From Candidatus Salinivivens marinus (GTDB lineage: Bacteria > Pseudomonadota > Alphaproteobacteria > Rhodobacterales > Rhodobacteraceae), in NCBI GenBank assembly GCA_038142605.1, contig JAYQKI010000007.1, forward strand, positions 10,810 through 74,809: 64,000 bases of DNA. The letters are read 5' to 3'. A model generated the notes under the pieces. The model was not told where the DNA came from, ran no database searches, and saw nothing but the letters and a program-made list of their open reading frames with translations. Below are positions 17,178 to 28,013 of this stretch, in pieces; position 1 is the stretch's first letter, and every line of letters starts with the position of its first letter. A program made the translations under genes and the position numbers.

Positions 17178-18554
17178 TTAAAAAAAGTCTATCGAAACTT
17201 GCAGAAGCCGTTCTACTTCGGGGATGTCTTCAGCCAATGTAAAAAGGGCTATTGTATCACCCTCTTCGATCAATGTTCCTCCAGAAGGCTTAACAAATTC
17301 TCCGTTTTTAATTAGCCCGCCAATTAACACGCTTTCCGGAAACTCAATATCACGAATTTTTTGTCCAGCAATTGGGGATGTTGACAGAACCTCTGCTTCC
17401 ATAATTTCAGCTTCAGCATCACCTATTGCATAAACACCTTTAACGCGACCATGTCGAATATGTCTTAAAATCGAACTAACTGTTGTTGCTCTTGGATTAA
17501 TGTAGGCATCAATCCCAAGCGGTTGCATTAATGGAACCAATGTAGGATCATTGATCAACGCGACGGCCATTTTACATCCTTGAGCCTTAGCTCGAACAGC
17601 AGCAAGCATATTTGTTTTATCATCATCAGTAATGGCTAAAACTGTATCGGCTCTAGAAACATTGGCCTCTGACAAAATACTAACGTCTAATCCATCACCG
17701 TTTAAAACGATAGTTCTCTCAAGATTTTCGGCGGCTGCCTCAGCGATTGTGATATTTTTTTCTATTATTTTAGTGGAAATCTTTTTTTGGTTTGCCTCGA
17801 GTTTAGAGGCTACTCTCTGTCCTACGTTACCACCACCAATTATAATTATCCGATTTTGCTCTAAGTTTGGCTTACCAAAAACCTCAACAGATCTGTAGGC
17901 ATCATCCACGTGACACATAAGATAACATTCATCGCCTGAAAACAGTTGGTCGCCTGACTCGGGTGAAAAGAGAGTTCCTTCACGTCTTACGGCTACAACA
18001 ATAGTTCTAAGTGTCGAAAACAAGTCAGTTAACTGCTTTAGTGGCGTATTTAAAACCGGGCAATCGTCATCTAGCCTCAATGCGATAAGTTGTGCTTTTT
18101 CATTCAAGAACATTTCAGTGTCAAATGCAGCGGGTGCTGCCATTCGCTTCAATGCTGCGTCGGCAACTTCCCTTTCAGGACTTATTACTACATCAATTGG
18201 TAAATGGTCTCGCCTGTATAGATCAGAATAAATCGCATTTAGATACGACTGACTTCTAAGCCGAGCTATTTTGCGTGGAATCGAAAAAATTGAGTGTGCA
18301 ACTTGGCAGGTAACCATGTTCACTTCGTCAGAATATGTTGCAGCAATAATCATATCAGCATCTCGCGCGCCCGCCCTATCCAAGATATCTGGATATGAAG
18401 CAAATCCAGAGATACCTTGAACGTCTAGAGTATTTGTAGCGCGGCGGATTAGTTCTGGATCATTATCTACTACCGTTACATCGTTGCGTTCTCCCGACAA
18501 ATGACGGGCTATTTGCCACCCAACTTGGCCAGCACCACAAATTATTACTTTCAT
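17178..18554 (-). CDS. trkA: Trk system NAD-binding protein TrkA
   Basis: 458 aa with two RCK/KTN units (MKVIICGAGQVG... and IIIIGGGNVG...). Confidence 0.9.
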   Translation of the reverse strand: MKVIICGAGQVGWQIARHLSGERNDVTVVDNDPELIRRATNTLDVQGISGFASYPDILDRAGARDADMIIAATYSDEVNMVTCQVAHSIFSIPRKIARLRSQSYLNAIYSDLYRRDHLPIDVVISPEREVADAALKRMAAPAAFDTEMFLNEKAQLIALRLDDDCPVLNTPLKQLTDLFSTLRTIVVAVRREGTLFSPESGDQLFSGDECYLMCHVDDAYRSVEVFGKPNLEQNRIIIIGGGNVGQRVASKLEANQKKISTKIIEKNITIAEAAAENLERTIVLNGDGLDVSILSEANVSRADTVLAITDDDKTNMLAAVRAKAQGCKMAVALINDPTLVPLMQPLGIDAYINPRATTVSSILRHIRHGRVKGVYAIGDAEAEIMEAEVLSTSPIAGQKIRDIEFPESVLIGGLIKNGEFVKPSGGTLIEEGDTIALFTLAEDIPEVERLLQVSIDFF

Positions 18555-18621
18555 ACTTAGCTCCTGTTATAATCAGAAATAGATGAACTAATTTTATCTT
18601 TTTAAATATGCATTGAAATCA

Positions 18622-20004
18622 TCAATCATCCTCTTTTTGAGTCCTTGAAATCGAAACCACACCTAGTGACTTCAACTTCCGATGCAATGCACTGCGCTCC
18701 ATTCCCACAAACTTTGCGGTCTTTGAAATATTTCCATTAAACCTATTAATTTGAGTTATTAAATATTCTCTCTCAAAAGCCTCTCTTGCCTCTCTAAGTG
18801 GCATCGTTGCAATTGTACCAGAGGCAACATTATTCAAATTTTCATTTGTTGACTTTGTTTCTGAGGGCAAATCCTCGATTGATACGTCTCCCTGTCCGTC
18901 GCCCAGAATAAGAACTCTTTCAACCATGTTTTTTAACTGTCTTATATTACCAGGCCACGCCATAGTCTGAAGCATCGTTGATGCTTCGAGTGAAAGCTGC
19001 CTAAAATTTAAACCCTGCGTTTCATGAAAAGTTTTAGCAAAATGCTCAAACAATAATGGAATATCTTCAAGTCTTTGTGAGAGTGATGGTACGTTTATCG
19101 GTACCACATTAAGTCGGTGATAGAGCTCTTCTCGGAAAGATCGCTGCTTAATTGCTTCCCTTAAGTCTTGAGATGTTGAAGAAATTACGCGAAGATCAAC
19201 TTTAACCTCAGACTTTCCGTTTACTCTTTGAAATTTCTGATCAACGAGTACTCTTAAAATTTTTGACTGCGTCTCTAATGGCATGTCTGCTATCTCATCA
19301 AAGTAGATCACGCCTCCATCGGCTTGCGAGAGCAAACCATCAGATGGCAAACTATTTCCAGCATCTCTGCCAAACAGCACATCTTCCATCCTATCCGGAG
19401 CAATGGAGGCACAATTCACAATTATAAATGGTTTAGATGCCCTTTCAGAATTTGCATGAATATATCTTGCTGCCATTTCTTTACCACTACCTGAATCACC
19501 AGTTAGTAAGACCCTCCCATTAGTCTTTGTAACTTTGTCCAAATTAGCTACGAAATTTTTGAATACATTTGACTCGCCAACCATAACCGATAGAGGAGTA
19601 TCTTTGCGTTTCAATTCAAAATTCTCCTGACGCAACCGAGACGTTTCCATCGCGCGCCTTACAACAACAAGCAGCTGTTCTATATTAAAGGGTTTTTCAA
19701 TAAAGTCGTAGGCACCCTGCTTTATTGCAGCAACGGCAATTTCAATGTTTCCATGCCCTGAAATTATAACAACCGGAACTTGAGGGAATTCCCGTTTTGC
19801 TTTTACTAATATGTCAATGCCATCCATTTCATTATCTTTTAACCAAATATCTAGTATTAATAGCCCAGGCACAGATTTTTTTAATTCTTGAAGACACTCA
19901 TCGGCACTACCACAAAGTCTTGTTTGGTATCCCTCGTCTATTAATATCTCCGAAATGAGCTCGCGAATATCACGTTCATCATCAACTATCAGGATATCTT
20001 TCAT
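18622..20004 (-). CDS. ntrX: Response regulator NtrX (receiver + AAA+ + Fis-type HTH; GAFTGA motif absent)
   Basis: 460 aa with a receiver domain (ILIVDDE...DIWL), Walker A GDSGSGKE and a C-terminal HTH. It lies downstream of ntrY. Confidence 0.85.
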   Translation of the reverse strand: MKDILIVDDERDIRELISEILIDEGYQTRLCGSADECLQELKKSVPGLLILDIWLKDNEMDGIDILVKAKREFPQVPVVIISGHGNIEIAVAAIKQGAYDFIEKPFNIEQLLVVVRRAMETSRLRQENFELKRKDTPLSVMVGESNVFKNFVANLDKVTKTNGRVLLTGDSGSGKEMAARYIHANSERASKPFIIVNCASIAPDRMEDVLFGRDAGNSLPSDGLLSQADGGVIYFDEIADMPLETQSKILRVLVDQKFQRVNGKSEVKVDLRVISSTSQDLREAIKQRSFREELYHRLNVVPINVPSLSQRLEDIPLLFEHFAKTFHETQGLNFRQLSLEASTMLQTMAWPGNIRQLKNMVERVLILGDGQGDVSIEDLPSETKSTNENLNNVASGTIATMPLREAREAFEREYLITQINRFNGNISKTAKFVGMERSALHRKLKSLGVVSISRTQKEDD

Positions 20005-20026
20005 AGTTCTTCTCCAAGTTTTAGTC

Positions 20027-22258
20027 TCAATTCTCGCTCATTGTAAAATACGGTAGCTCTATTATGGCAGCAGCACCAACTTTATTACTATTTTTGTATT
20101 TAGGGGCATCTTCCAGTCGGAATGTTCCACCATGCTCTTCAATTATTTTCTTAACTATAGCTAAACCCAAGCCAGTGCCGTTTTCACGTGTTGTAACATA
20201 TGGCTCAAACAATCGCGCTCTGTCAGCAGGCAAACCAATGCCATTATCAACAACTGAGACTTCAAGAAACGTATCGTGGCGCACAACAATAATGTCTATT
20301 TGACCCTTAACTTTCGAAGACTCTTCCTTACTCTGCCTACTTTCAATCGACTCCCCTGCATTTTTCAAGAGATTGATAAGAACTTGTGAAATCATGGTTG
20401 CATCTAATTCAAACATAATCGGTCCTTCGACAATGTTTCTCTTAAATAAAATTTCTGGAAAGCCAGATTCTTGTAGTGAAATAGCAGAATTTACAACTTT
20501 AATGATATCCTCAGATTGCTTTTCCGGTTCAGGCATCCTTGCAAATTTTGAAAACTCATCTACAATTCGGCTAAGATCATTGGTCTGTCTAACAATTACT
20601 TCTGTCATATTAGCTAGCGTATCACCCTCTCTGTCCACTAGAGGCATGAATTTCCGCTTTATTCTCTCAGCTGACAATCTAATTGGAGTAAGTGGGTTTT
20701 TAATTTCATGAGCTATTCGCTGCGCTACATCTCCCCAAGCAGCCGCTCTCTGAGCAGACACAAGTTGCGTAACATCGTCAAAAGCGACAACAAAACCATC
20801 GATTTTATCATCTTCATCTTTCATGGGCGCCATTCTAACTAAAAGATTTTCCAACCTACCTGCTCTTAACAGCTTAATTTCTTGCTGAAAGCTCTTCAAA
20901 TTATCAGCAAATAGAGCGGTATACATTGGTGCAAATTCTGGAACTAATATATCGAGCGTAGTATTTTCTAAATTTTTATGATCACAGTTTAGCAAACTGA
21001 TAGCAGAACGATTAATAAAGGATATTTTACCACTCGGATTTAAGCCGATTACTCCAGAGGTAACAGAAGCCAAAACACTATCAAAGAGCCTCCGTCTCTC
21101 ATCAATTTGAGAGGTGTTTTGTAACAGTTTATCACGTTGTATCTTTAACTGAACTGTCATACGATTAAACAGCTTAGAGAGCTGAGCTATTTCATCATCC
21201 CCGGATTCCTCTCGCACCCTAACATTAAGTTCACCTTCAGCAATTTTTTGTGCAGCACCAGTCAAACGACCAATGGGTCTAGATAGTCTTTCTGCAAACC
21301 ACAAGCCCAACAAAACTGAGCTAACAATCATGAGAATAGCAAATGCAAGATAGACAAGTGCAAAGTTAAATAGCACTTTGCCTTTTTCATTCTCCAGTTG
21401 CTGGTATAAAGATGCTGTCTCCTGTGTGTCGTCAAGTAAGTTTAGTAAATTCCCATCCACTAAGCGGGTTACGTACAAGTAATGTCCAGGGAAACCATCA
21501 ATATAAACCAAAGCACGGATTTCATTATTGTCCCAGTCTTCAATAATCTGAACTTGTTTCAATGCAGCATCAAAAAGTGCGGGTTCTGGCTCATCGTAAT
21601 CAAATGCATAATTACGAAAACCCCTAAGTTTTATTTTTCCTTTATCATCAATAACGAAGGCCTCTTTCATTCCCCTTTGCATCTCTTGCTGGAGCTTTGC
21701 CAAATGGGTTCTAAACTCAGATGAATCTGCGCCAAATCGACTCTTTCTAAAATTCCCTAACTCATTAGCTAAATCGGTAATGTCTTCTACCATTGCTTCC
21801 CGCTGTTCAGTCTCATAGGCCTCAGCAGCAGACCTTGACGCACCTATGACACTTTGAACTCTGTCAGAAAACCAAGCCTCAAGCCCCATGTTGACCGTGA
21901 AAGTAGCAAAGATAGCTACCCCAATTGTGGGCAACAACGCCATTACTGTAAAAAATCCAGTTAATCGCAAATGTAGTTGCGAGCCAGCCGACCTTTGTCT
22001 TCTCTGTGAAATAATCCGCAATATTCTCAATATTACGAACGCAACTATTGTGATTACATATATAAGATCTGCCAATAAAACTAGCTGGAGCAGCCTAGAC
22101 TGCGCACGCAAATCAAAAGGTCCCAGAACAACATACGTAACAAAAGCCAAAAACGGACCTAGAAAAACTAAATAAATAGTGGAAGAAGCCCTTACACGAT
22201 CGAAAGCCCTAGTATTTAAAAACCTGGTTAATGAAAACCGCATTGTACTTACTGACAC
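20027..22258 (-). CDS. ntrY: Sensor histidine kinase NtrY
   Basis: 743 aa with N-terminal TM helices, HAMP, PAS, the H-box AHEIKNPLTPI and an HATPase (DNGIG, GTGLGLAIV). Confidence 0.85.
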   Translation of the reverse strand: MSVSTMRFSLTRFLNTRAFDRVRASSTIYLVFLGPFLAFVTYVVLGPFDLRAQSRLLQLVLLADLIYVITIVAFVILRILRIISQRRQRSAGSQLHLRLTGFFTVMALLPTIGVAIFATFTVNMGLEAWFSDRVQSVIGASRSAAEAYETEQREAMVEDITDLANELGNFRKSRFGADSSEFRTHLAKLQQEMQRGMKEAFVIDDKGKIKLRGFRNYAFDYDEPEPALFDAALKQVQIIEDWDNNEIRALVYIDGFPGHYLYVTRLVDGNLLNLLDDTQETASLYQQLENEKGKVLFNFALVYLAFAILMIVSSVLLGLWFAERLSRPIGRLTGAAQKIAEGELNVRVREESGDDEIAQLSKLFNRMTVQLKIQRDKLLQNTSQIDERRRLFDSVLASVTSGVIGLNPSGKISFINRSAISLLNCDHKNLENTTLDILVPEFAPMYTALFADNLKSFQQEIKLLRAGRLENLLVRMAPMKDEDDKIDGFVVAFDDVTQLVSAQRAAAWGDVAQRIAHEIKNPLTPIRLSAERIKRKFMPLVDREGDTLANMTEVIVRQTNDLSRIVDEFSKFARMPEPEKQSEDIIKVVNSAISLQESGFPEILFKRNIVEGPIMFELDATMISQVLINLLKNAGESIESRQSKEESSKVKGQIDIIVVRHDTFLEVSVVDNGIGLPADRARLFEPYVTTRENGTGLGLAIVKKIIEEHGGTFRLEDAPKYKNSNKVGAAAIIELPYFTMSEN

Positions 22259-22310
22259 AAAGACTCACTTATACATATTGTTGACAATATGTAACACTAT
22301 TGTTGCCGCA

Positions 22311-23696
22311 TTACATCAGTTTTCTTCTCCTTGTTACTTGAATATCTAATTCAGATATCTTTTTGCGGAGGGTATTCCGATTTATTCCAAGCAAATTTGC
22401 ACACTTAGCCTGATTACCACCTGTAGCATCCAAGGCAATTGTTATAAGCGGAAATTCAACTTCTTTTAATATTCTATGATAAACACCATTTGGTGGAAGT
22501 TGCGAGCCATGTAGGTCAAAATATCTCCTGAGATGCTTGTCGACATCGGATGCAAGTCTATCGCCTTTCCCGTTGGACAAGACTGCCGCTACTTCAGGTT
22601 GGTTAGACAATGCTTGCTCGACTTCACTAAGTGAAATGACTGCCTCTTTTGCCGTCAAACCAAGCCTTTTAACCATATTCTCTAGCTGCCTAACATTTCC
22701 TGGCCAAGTATAGGTCTGTATTAATTTCATTGCAGACGGATCAAAATTTCTTGATATGCCCGTTTCTTTGTCAACTTTTTCCAGAAAGAAGCTTGCTAAT
22801 AACGGAATATCCTCAAACCGCTCCCTGAGTGGAGGAACTGTTATAGGGGCTCCTCCCAAACGATAAAAGAGATCACGTCTGACTTTCTGGTCATCTACAG
22901 CCTCAGTCATATCTCCGACTAAGGTAGCCAGAAAACGTGGAGAATGTTCTCCAGGTGAGTCAATCATACTGACCAATCTTCCTTGCTCGGCTGGCCCCAA
23001 ATCCGATATCTCTTCGATAAGAATTGTGCCGTCTTTTGCCCGCGCAAGAATTTTAGAAGGTCCATCTAATTCGACTAAATCATCCGCCCTCATTCTAACT
23101 AAAGGCATATTCCTTCTATCCGAAAAGTCGTGTAATACTTGTGCGACTAAAGTTTTACCAGTTCCTGACTCACCAGATATTAATACTGGTAATTCAGAAT
23201 TCATCAGCCTGGCCACAAAACGGTAGAGATTTTGCATTAAAGCAGTTTTGCCAACTATTGGTAAGCCTTCATCAGCTGCATCCATGTTAGTAGTTCTGAT
23301 AGAAGCACTAGATGAAGCCGAAAGACCTTTTCCTTTTTTTGATAATGCTTTTGCGCATCGCTTCATTAAATCTGGCAAATCAAAAGGTTTAGGCAAATAA
23401 TCGTATGCATCTGCTTCTGCTGCTTGTATCGCGGTCATAATAGTATTTTGGGCGGAAATAACGATAACTGGTAAATCTGGACGATCTTGAGAAATTTTTG
23501 GCAACATCTCTAAACCATTCCCATCCGGCATCATGACATCAGTAATTACTGCATCGCCTTTTCCTTCCGAAACCCATCGCATTAGCGTAGTTAAGCTGGA
23601 AGTTGCATGAACTTTTACACCCGCGCGAGTAAGCGCCTGAGTAAGTACTGTTCGAATTGTCCTATCGTCATCCGCAACTAAAACGGTGCCATCCAT
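22311..23696 (-). CDS. ntrC: Nitrogen-regulation response regulator NtrC (AAA+ domain lacks GAFTGA)
   Basis: 461 aa with a receiver domain (VLVADDD...TDVMMPD), Walker A GESGTGKT and a C-terminal Fis-type HTH ([19 protein letters not shown]). It is downstream of ntrB. Confidence 0.8.
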   Translation of the reverse strand: MDGTVLVADDDRTIRTVLTQALTRAGVKVHATSSLTTLMRWVSEGKGDAVITDVMMPDGNGLEMLPKISQDRPDLPVIVISAQNTIMTAIQAAEADAYDYLPKPFDLPDLMKRCAKALSKKGKGLSASSSASIRTTNMDAADEGLPIVGKTALMQNLYRFVARLMNSELPVLISGESGTGKTLVAQVLHDFSDRRNMPLVRMRADDLVELDGPSKILARAKDGTILIEEISDLGPAEQGRLVSMIDSPGEHSPRFLATLVGDMTEAVDDQKVRRDLFYRLGGAPITVPPLRERFEDIPLLASFFLEKVDKETGISRNFDPSAMKLIQTYTWPGNVRQLENMVKRLGLTAKEAVISLSEVEQALSNQPEVAAVLSNGKGDRLASDVDKHLRRYFDLHGSQLPPNGVYHRILKEVEFPLITIALDATGGNQAKCANLLGINRNTLRKKISELDIQVTRRRKLM

Positions 23697-23708
23697 GCTA
23701 AATTCCCC

Positions 23709-24773
23709 TTAATTAAGTTTTGTCACAAAAGGTAAAGAAATACGAAACACAGTATTTCCAGGCTTAGATTCGAGAGAGATTAGACCATTGTGATCCGATA
23801 TGATTTTACTTGTTAAAGCTAGACCAAGGCCAGTTCCATTATCTCGCCCTGAAACAAAAGGATCAAAAATTTCATCTCTTATGTCCTCAGAAACACCAGG
23901 CCCATTATCTATGACCTCGACTTGGATCGGCATAGAGTGACCCGAGCCATCGGCTCTTCGTAGTTTAAAGCTGTGTTCAAAAAATGTACGTAATTTAATA
24001 TTACCATTATTTGGCTGCACTTCAGAGGCATTTTTGATTAAATTTAAAAATACTTGAAGTAATTGGTCTGGATCTCCGTAAACTAACGGCAAAGAAGGAT
24101 CGTATTCCTCTTTAAAAATAATATGTGCACTAAAACCTAACTGCGCAGAACGCCTCGCCCTATCTATTACATCATGAATATTTAGTGGTTTAGGATCAAT
24201 AGGTTTCAAATTCCCAAACTGCTCTACCTGCTCTAATAGAGTTAATATTCTTTTCGTTTCGGCAACAATCAAATCTGTAATTTCCAGATCAGTTGCCGAA
24301 AGTCCCATCGACAATAACTGCGCAGCACCTGTAATACCTGCAAGAGGGTTTTTAATTTCATGGGCGAGCATCTCAGCCATTCCTATGGCAGACTTTGCGG
24401 CTGCTTTTACGGACTTAGATTGGGAAATTCGACCAGCAATCTCTCTTGGGGCAATCAATATGATAGTACTATCTTCAAGACCAATGATTGGAGCAATTTG
24501 TATATTACAACGGACCGGATCTCGTCCGTTAGCTCCAACTTTAACATCTGTAATGAACAAAGGAGAGTGGAATTTTTTTACTTTCTTGTAGCTATCCTCT
24601 AGAGATGCATCGATTTCTATAAGGTCCCAAATACGTTTATTTTTCACGGATTTGCTTGATGCATTTAAAAACCCCTCACCTGGCGGATTAACTTGAACAA
24701 CAATGTCGTCGCCGTTTAAAATGACAGAAGGAAGCGGAATAGACATCCAAACTTTCTCATAATCCACATTCAT
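23709..24773 (-). CDS. ntrB: Nitrogen-regulation sensor histidine kinase NtrB
   Basis: 354 aa, soluble, with PAS, the H-box LAHEIKNPLAGI and an HATPase (DNGPGV, GTGLGLAL). It overlaps dusB by 4 nt. Confidence 0.8.
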   Translation of the reverse strand: MNVDYEKVWMSIPLPSVILNGDDIVVQVNPPGEGFLNASSKSVKNKRIWDLIEIDASLEDSYKKVKKFHSPLFITDVKVGANGRDPVRCNIQIAPIIGLEDSTIILIAPREIAGRISQSKSVKAAAKSAIGMAEMLAHEIKNPLAGITGAAQLLSMGLSATDLEITDLIVAETKRILTLLEQVEQFGNLKPIDPKPLNIHDVIDRARRSAQLGFSAHIIFKEEYDPSLPLVYGDPDQLLQVFLNLIKNASEVQPNNGNIKLRTFFEHSFKLRRADGSGHSMPIQVEVIDNGPGVSEDIRDEIFDPFVSGRDNGTGLGLALTSKIISDHNGLISLESKPGNTVFRISLPFVTKLN

Positions 24774-25756
24774 GGGTTAACACGCTCTGGTATTTCAAAA
24801 AGCTTTCTAATTACCTCTTTTGCAGAGTTCTCTCTTAAAAACTCAGTTGTTAATTTTTTTGATAAACCGAAAATATCCAAATAACGTTTTAGATGCTTTC
24901 GAGCTATCTTTACTCCAAGAAATTCGCCATAAAATGATAAAATTTCATCGTAGTGTTCGGCGATTACTTCAATAAGACCCAATCCAGCAGGACTTGACGG
25001 CTGAGGCTCTCCATTCACAAATGCTGATATTTGAGAGATGACCCAAGGCTTTCCGATTACACCCCGCCCCATCATTAATCCATCAGTCTCGGACACCTTT
25101 AAGGCTTGGCTAGCCGAGCTTATATCTACAATGTCTCCATTGGCTATAACTGGAATCTTGACCGCTTTTTTAACCTCCAGAATGGCATTCCAATCCGCAA
25201 AGCCTCTATAAAATTGATTGCGAGTTCGCGCATGGATTGTAATTAACTGTACACCACACTGTTCAGCTAATAGGGCAAGGTCTTTTGCATTTTTGGAGCC
25301 ATCATCCCATCCAAGACGCGCCTTCAAGGATACAGGCACGTTAACAGCGTTTACAACGCTCTCTAAAATCGCTGAAGCTTTTTTCAAATCGCGCATAAGG
25401 GCCGAGCCAGAATAACCTCCAACGACTTTTTTCGCAGGACAGCCCATGTTAATGTCTATTGCTCCGGCGCCAAGATCCGAAACTATTTTTGCAGCCTCGC
25501 CCATTGTTGCTGGCTCACACCCTGCCAGCTGCACCGCTGTATTGGAGAAACTGGTGCCCAATTCAATCTTTTGGTTTTTTACAACTCTAGAAAGTAGGCT
25601 ATTATCCGCTATCATTTCACTAAAAACCATATCCACACCAAATTTAGAAACCACATTTCTAAATGGTAAATCCGTAACTCCCGCCATAGGAGCCAGAAAA
25701 ACTGGAACCTTACCAGTATTTTTGTTTGAATTTAGCGTCATGATAACTCCATCCAC
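24770..25756 (-). CDS. dusB: tRNA-dihydrouridine synthase B
   Basis: 328 aa. LAPMAGVTDLPFR and the INMGCPAKKV catalytic-Cys motif are present. It sits in the classical position upstream of ntrBC. Confidence 0.9.
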   Translation of the reverse strand: MDGVIMTLNSNKNTGKVPVFLAPMAGVTDLPFRNVVSKFGVDMVFSEMIADNSLLSRVVKNQKIELGTSFSNTAVQLAGCEPATMGEAAKIVSDLGAGAIDINMGCPAKKVVGGYSGSALMRDLKKASAILESVVNAVNVPVSLKARLGWDDGSKNAKDLALLAEQCGVQLITIHARTRNQFYRGFADWNAILEVKKAVKIPVIANGDIVDISSASQALKVSETDGLMMGRGVIGKPWVISQISAFVNGEPQPSSPAGLGLIEVIAEHYDEILSFYGEFLGVKIARKHLKRYLDIFGLSKKLTTEFLRENSAKEVIRKLFEIPERVNP

Positions 25757-25919
25757 TTAAAATTAGTATTGCAATTAAACTTGAACAATAATTTATGCTT
25801 TTTTTTTCATCACCCCAGATTAAATGATTAAAATTTAGGCAATAAATGCTTATATTGAATATTTTGAGAAGAACACTTAGACCAGTCTTAACGATTAATA
25901 ATAAAAAGTGTGACACTCG

Positions 25920-26570
25920 ATGAAGATTATTGCATTAATACTTGCTGCTGGCAGAGGAACGCGAGCTGGGAGTGCAATGCCTAAACAATGGCAGATACTA
26001 GGTAATAAAAGAATTATCGACCATTCAATAGATTTATTTAAGAATATCTCCAGAATTAATAATGTAATGGTAGTCCTTCATCCAGATGATCTTCATCGTT
26101 TAAATAGAAGGGATGTTTTGTTTACGAAAGGTGGGCATACAAGATCCGAGTCAGTTAAATTTGGCCTCGCAGCTTTGAAACAAAATGAAATGCCAGATTA
26201 CGTGCTAATTCACGATGCAGCGCGGCCCTCAACTCCACTAAATGTTATTAATAATGTTCTTGATAATTTAGATACTGCCGATGCCGTATCGCCTGGGTTA
26301 CCTGTTACAGACACGCTGTGGGAAGTCATCGACGAAGAGGTGATGCAAACCAAAAGTAGGAAGAATATCTGGCGGGCTCAAACGCCACAAGGCTTTAACT
26401 TCAAAAAGATACTTGATGCTCACGTAGCCAGTTCATCGACTGCGACAGATGATGTTGAAGTTGCCACTTCAGCCGGAATAAAAGTTAAAGTAATACAAGG
26501 TAGCGAAAAAAATATTAAAATAACAACAGCCGAAGATTTTGATCGCGTTACGGCTGTTTTAGGATATTAA
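25920..26570 (+). CDS. ispD: 2-C-methyl-D-erythritol 4-phosphate cytidylyltransferase (monofunctional)
   Basis: 216 aa with the [12 protein letters not shown]-loop-like motif and the HDAARP block. Confidence 0.9.
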   Translation: MKIIALILAAGRGTRAGSAMPKQWQILGNKRIIDHSIDLFKNISRINNVMVVLHPDDLHRLNRRDVLFTKGGHTRSESVKFGLAALKQNEMPDYVLIHDAARPSTPLNVINNVLDNLDTADAVSPGLPVTDTLWEVIDEEVMQTKSRKNIWRAQTPQGFNFKKILDAHVASSSTATDDVEVATSAGIKVKVIQGSEKNIKITTAEDFDRVTAVLGY

Positions 26571-26572
26571 TT

Positions 26573-27052
26573 ATGGATATAAGAATTGGTAACGGTTTTG
26601 ATGTACACGCTTTTGAGGAAGGAAACTTTGTAATCTTAGGTGGAGTTAAAATTCCTCACACCTCTAAGCTTAGCGGACACTCAGACGCAGATGTGGTACT
26701 GCATGCCATAACAGACGCCATTTTCGGAGCGCTAGCACAGGGAGACATCGGCACTCATTTTCCACCAGATGACAAAAAATGGAAGGATGCCCCGAGCGAG
26801 ATTTTTCTCAAATATGCAGTGAAGCTCGCAAAAAGTAAAAACTTTGAATTAGGTAATGTTGACTGTACCATAATTTGTGAAAAACCAAAAATTAAACCTC
26901 ATGCTGAATTAATAAAGATAAACATTCAAAATATTATTAATCTAAAAAAGGATAGAATTTCTGTGAAGGCCACAACCACCGAAAGGTTGGGCTTTACCGG
27001 GCGCGAGGAAGGAATTGCTGCTTTAGCCACAGCAACTCTTATCGCCCCATGA
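26573..27052 (+). CDS. ispF: 2-C-methyl-D-erythritol 2,4-cyclodiphosphate synthase (monofunctional)
   Basis: 159 aa with [22 protein letters not shown] and [11 protein letters not shown]. It starts 2 nt after the ispD stop, in a different frame. Confidence 0.95.
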   Translation: MDIRIGNGFDVHAFEEGNFVILGGVKIPHTSKLSGHSDADVVLHAITDAIFGALAQGDIGTHFPPDDKKWKDAPSEIFLKYAVKLAKSKNFELGNVDCTIICEKPKIKPHAELIKINIQNIINLKKDRISVKATTTERLGFTGREEGIAALATATLIAP

Positions 27053-27534
27053 GCGCAGCAATTGCCACAATATTTGGAATTGGTTACCTTCGGCCTGCTC
27101 CGGGAACCTGGGGCTCTTTATTTGCTCTCGTTCTAGCAATATTATTGTTAGAGTCTTTTGGAATAATAGGGTTTGCAATTGCACTCTTATCTGTTTGTGT
27201 ATTTGGGTGGTGGGCTACAAGCGAGTACTTAAAACGAACAGCAAATAAGGACCCCTCCGAGGTTGTTATTGATGAACTTATAGGACTGTGGATTGCAGTC
27301 TTACCAATTGCTTGGGCAGTTTTTTTTTACAACCTACCCTCGTTAGACTTATGGCCAGGATGGATATCTTCATTTTTCTTTTTTCGCATATTTGATATTT
27401 ATAAACCGTCATTAATCGGCTGGGCGGATGAGAAAAATGGCGCATTAGGTGTCATGTTAGATGATATTTTTGCCGGAGTCACTGCAGCAATTTGTACAAT
27501 TATTTTAGCAGTTTTTTATCATGGTATTTCTTGA
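27049..27534 (+). CDS. pgpA: Phosphatidylglycerophosphatase A
   Basis: 161-aa membrane protein with PAPGTWGSL and the VIDE motif. It overlaps ispF by 4 nt. Confidence 0.85.
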   Translation: MSAAIATIFGIGYLRPAPGTWGSLFALVLAILLLESFGIIGFAIALLSVCVFGWWATSEYLKRTANKDPSEVVIDELIGLWIAVLPIAWAVFFYNLPSLDLWPGWISSFFFFRIFDIYKPSLIGWADEKNGALGVMLDDIFAGVTAAICTIILAVFYHGIS

Positions 27535-27536
27535 AT

Positions 27537-28013
27537 ATGGCTGATCTCAAAGGCTTATATGCTATCGCAAAAAAACGCGGGAGTAAAATTGTTTCCGCCG
27601 AAAGCTGTACTGCCGGTTTGCTAGCGGCTTGCCTAACTGAAATGCCTGGCTCGTCAGCTTTTTTTGAGCAAGGTTATATTACCTATTCAAACCGTTCTAA
27701 AATTAGTGTCTTAGGAGTAGATAAGAAGACTCTAGAAAAACATGGAGCCGTCAGTGAGGAAGTAGCAAAGCAGATGGCAGAAGGAGCTTTGAATAGATCA
27801 ATGGGCACCATAGCTATTTCAATCACAGGTATTGCTGGTCCCGGCGGGAGCGATTACAAACCCGAAGGTTTAGTTTGCTTTGCAATTGCTAAAAAAAATG
27901 GTGAAAGTAGAGTTGAAACTATGGAATATGGCCCTTTAGGAAGAAATAATATTAGATCTTCAGCAGTCATAAAAGCAATAGAACTATTGCATGAGGAACT
28001 TTCGGTAAACTAA
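27537..28013 (+). CDS. CinA C-terminal domain protein / nicotinamide-nucleotide amidohydrolase PncC-like
   Basis: SAESCTAGLLAA and ITGIAGPGG motifs are present. The ATG at 27537 is preferred because the track start overlaps pgpA. Confidence 0.85.
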   Translation: MADLKGLYAIAKKRGSKIVSAESCTAGLLAACLTEMPGSSAFFEQGYITYSNRSKISVLGVDKKTLEKHGAVSEEVAKQMAEGALNRSMGTIAISITGIAGPGGSDYKPEGLVCFAIAKKNGESRVETMEYGPLGRNNIRSSAVIKAIELLHEELSVN

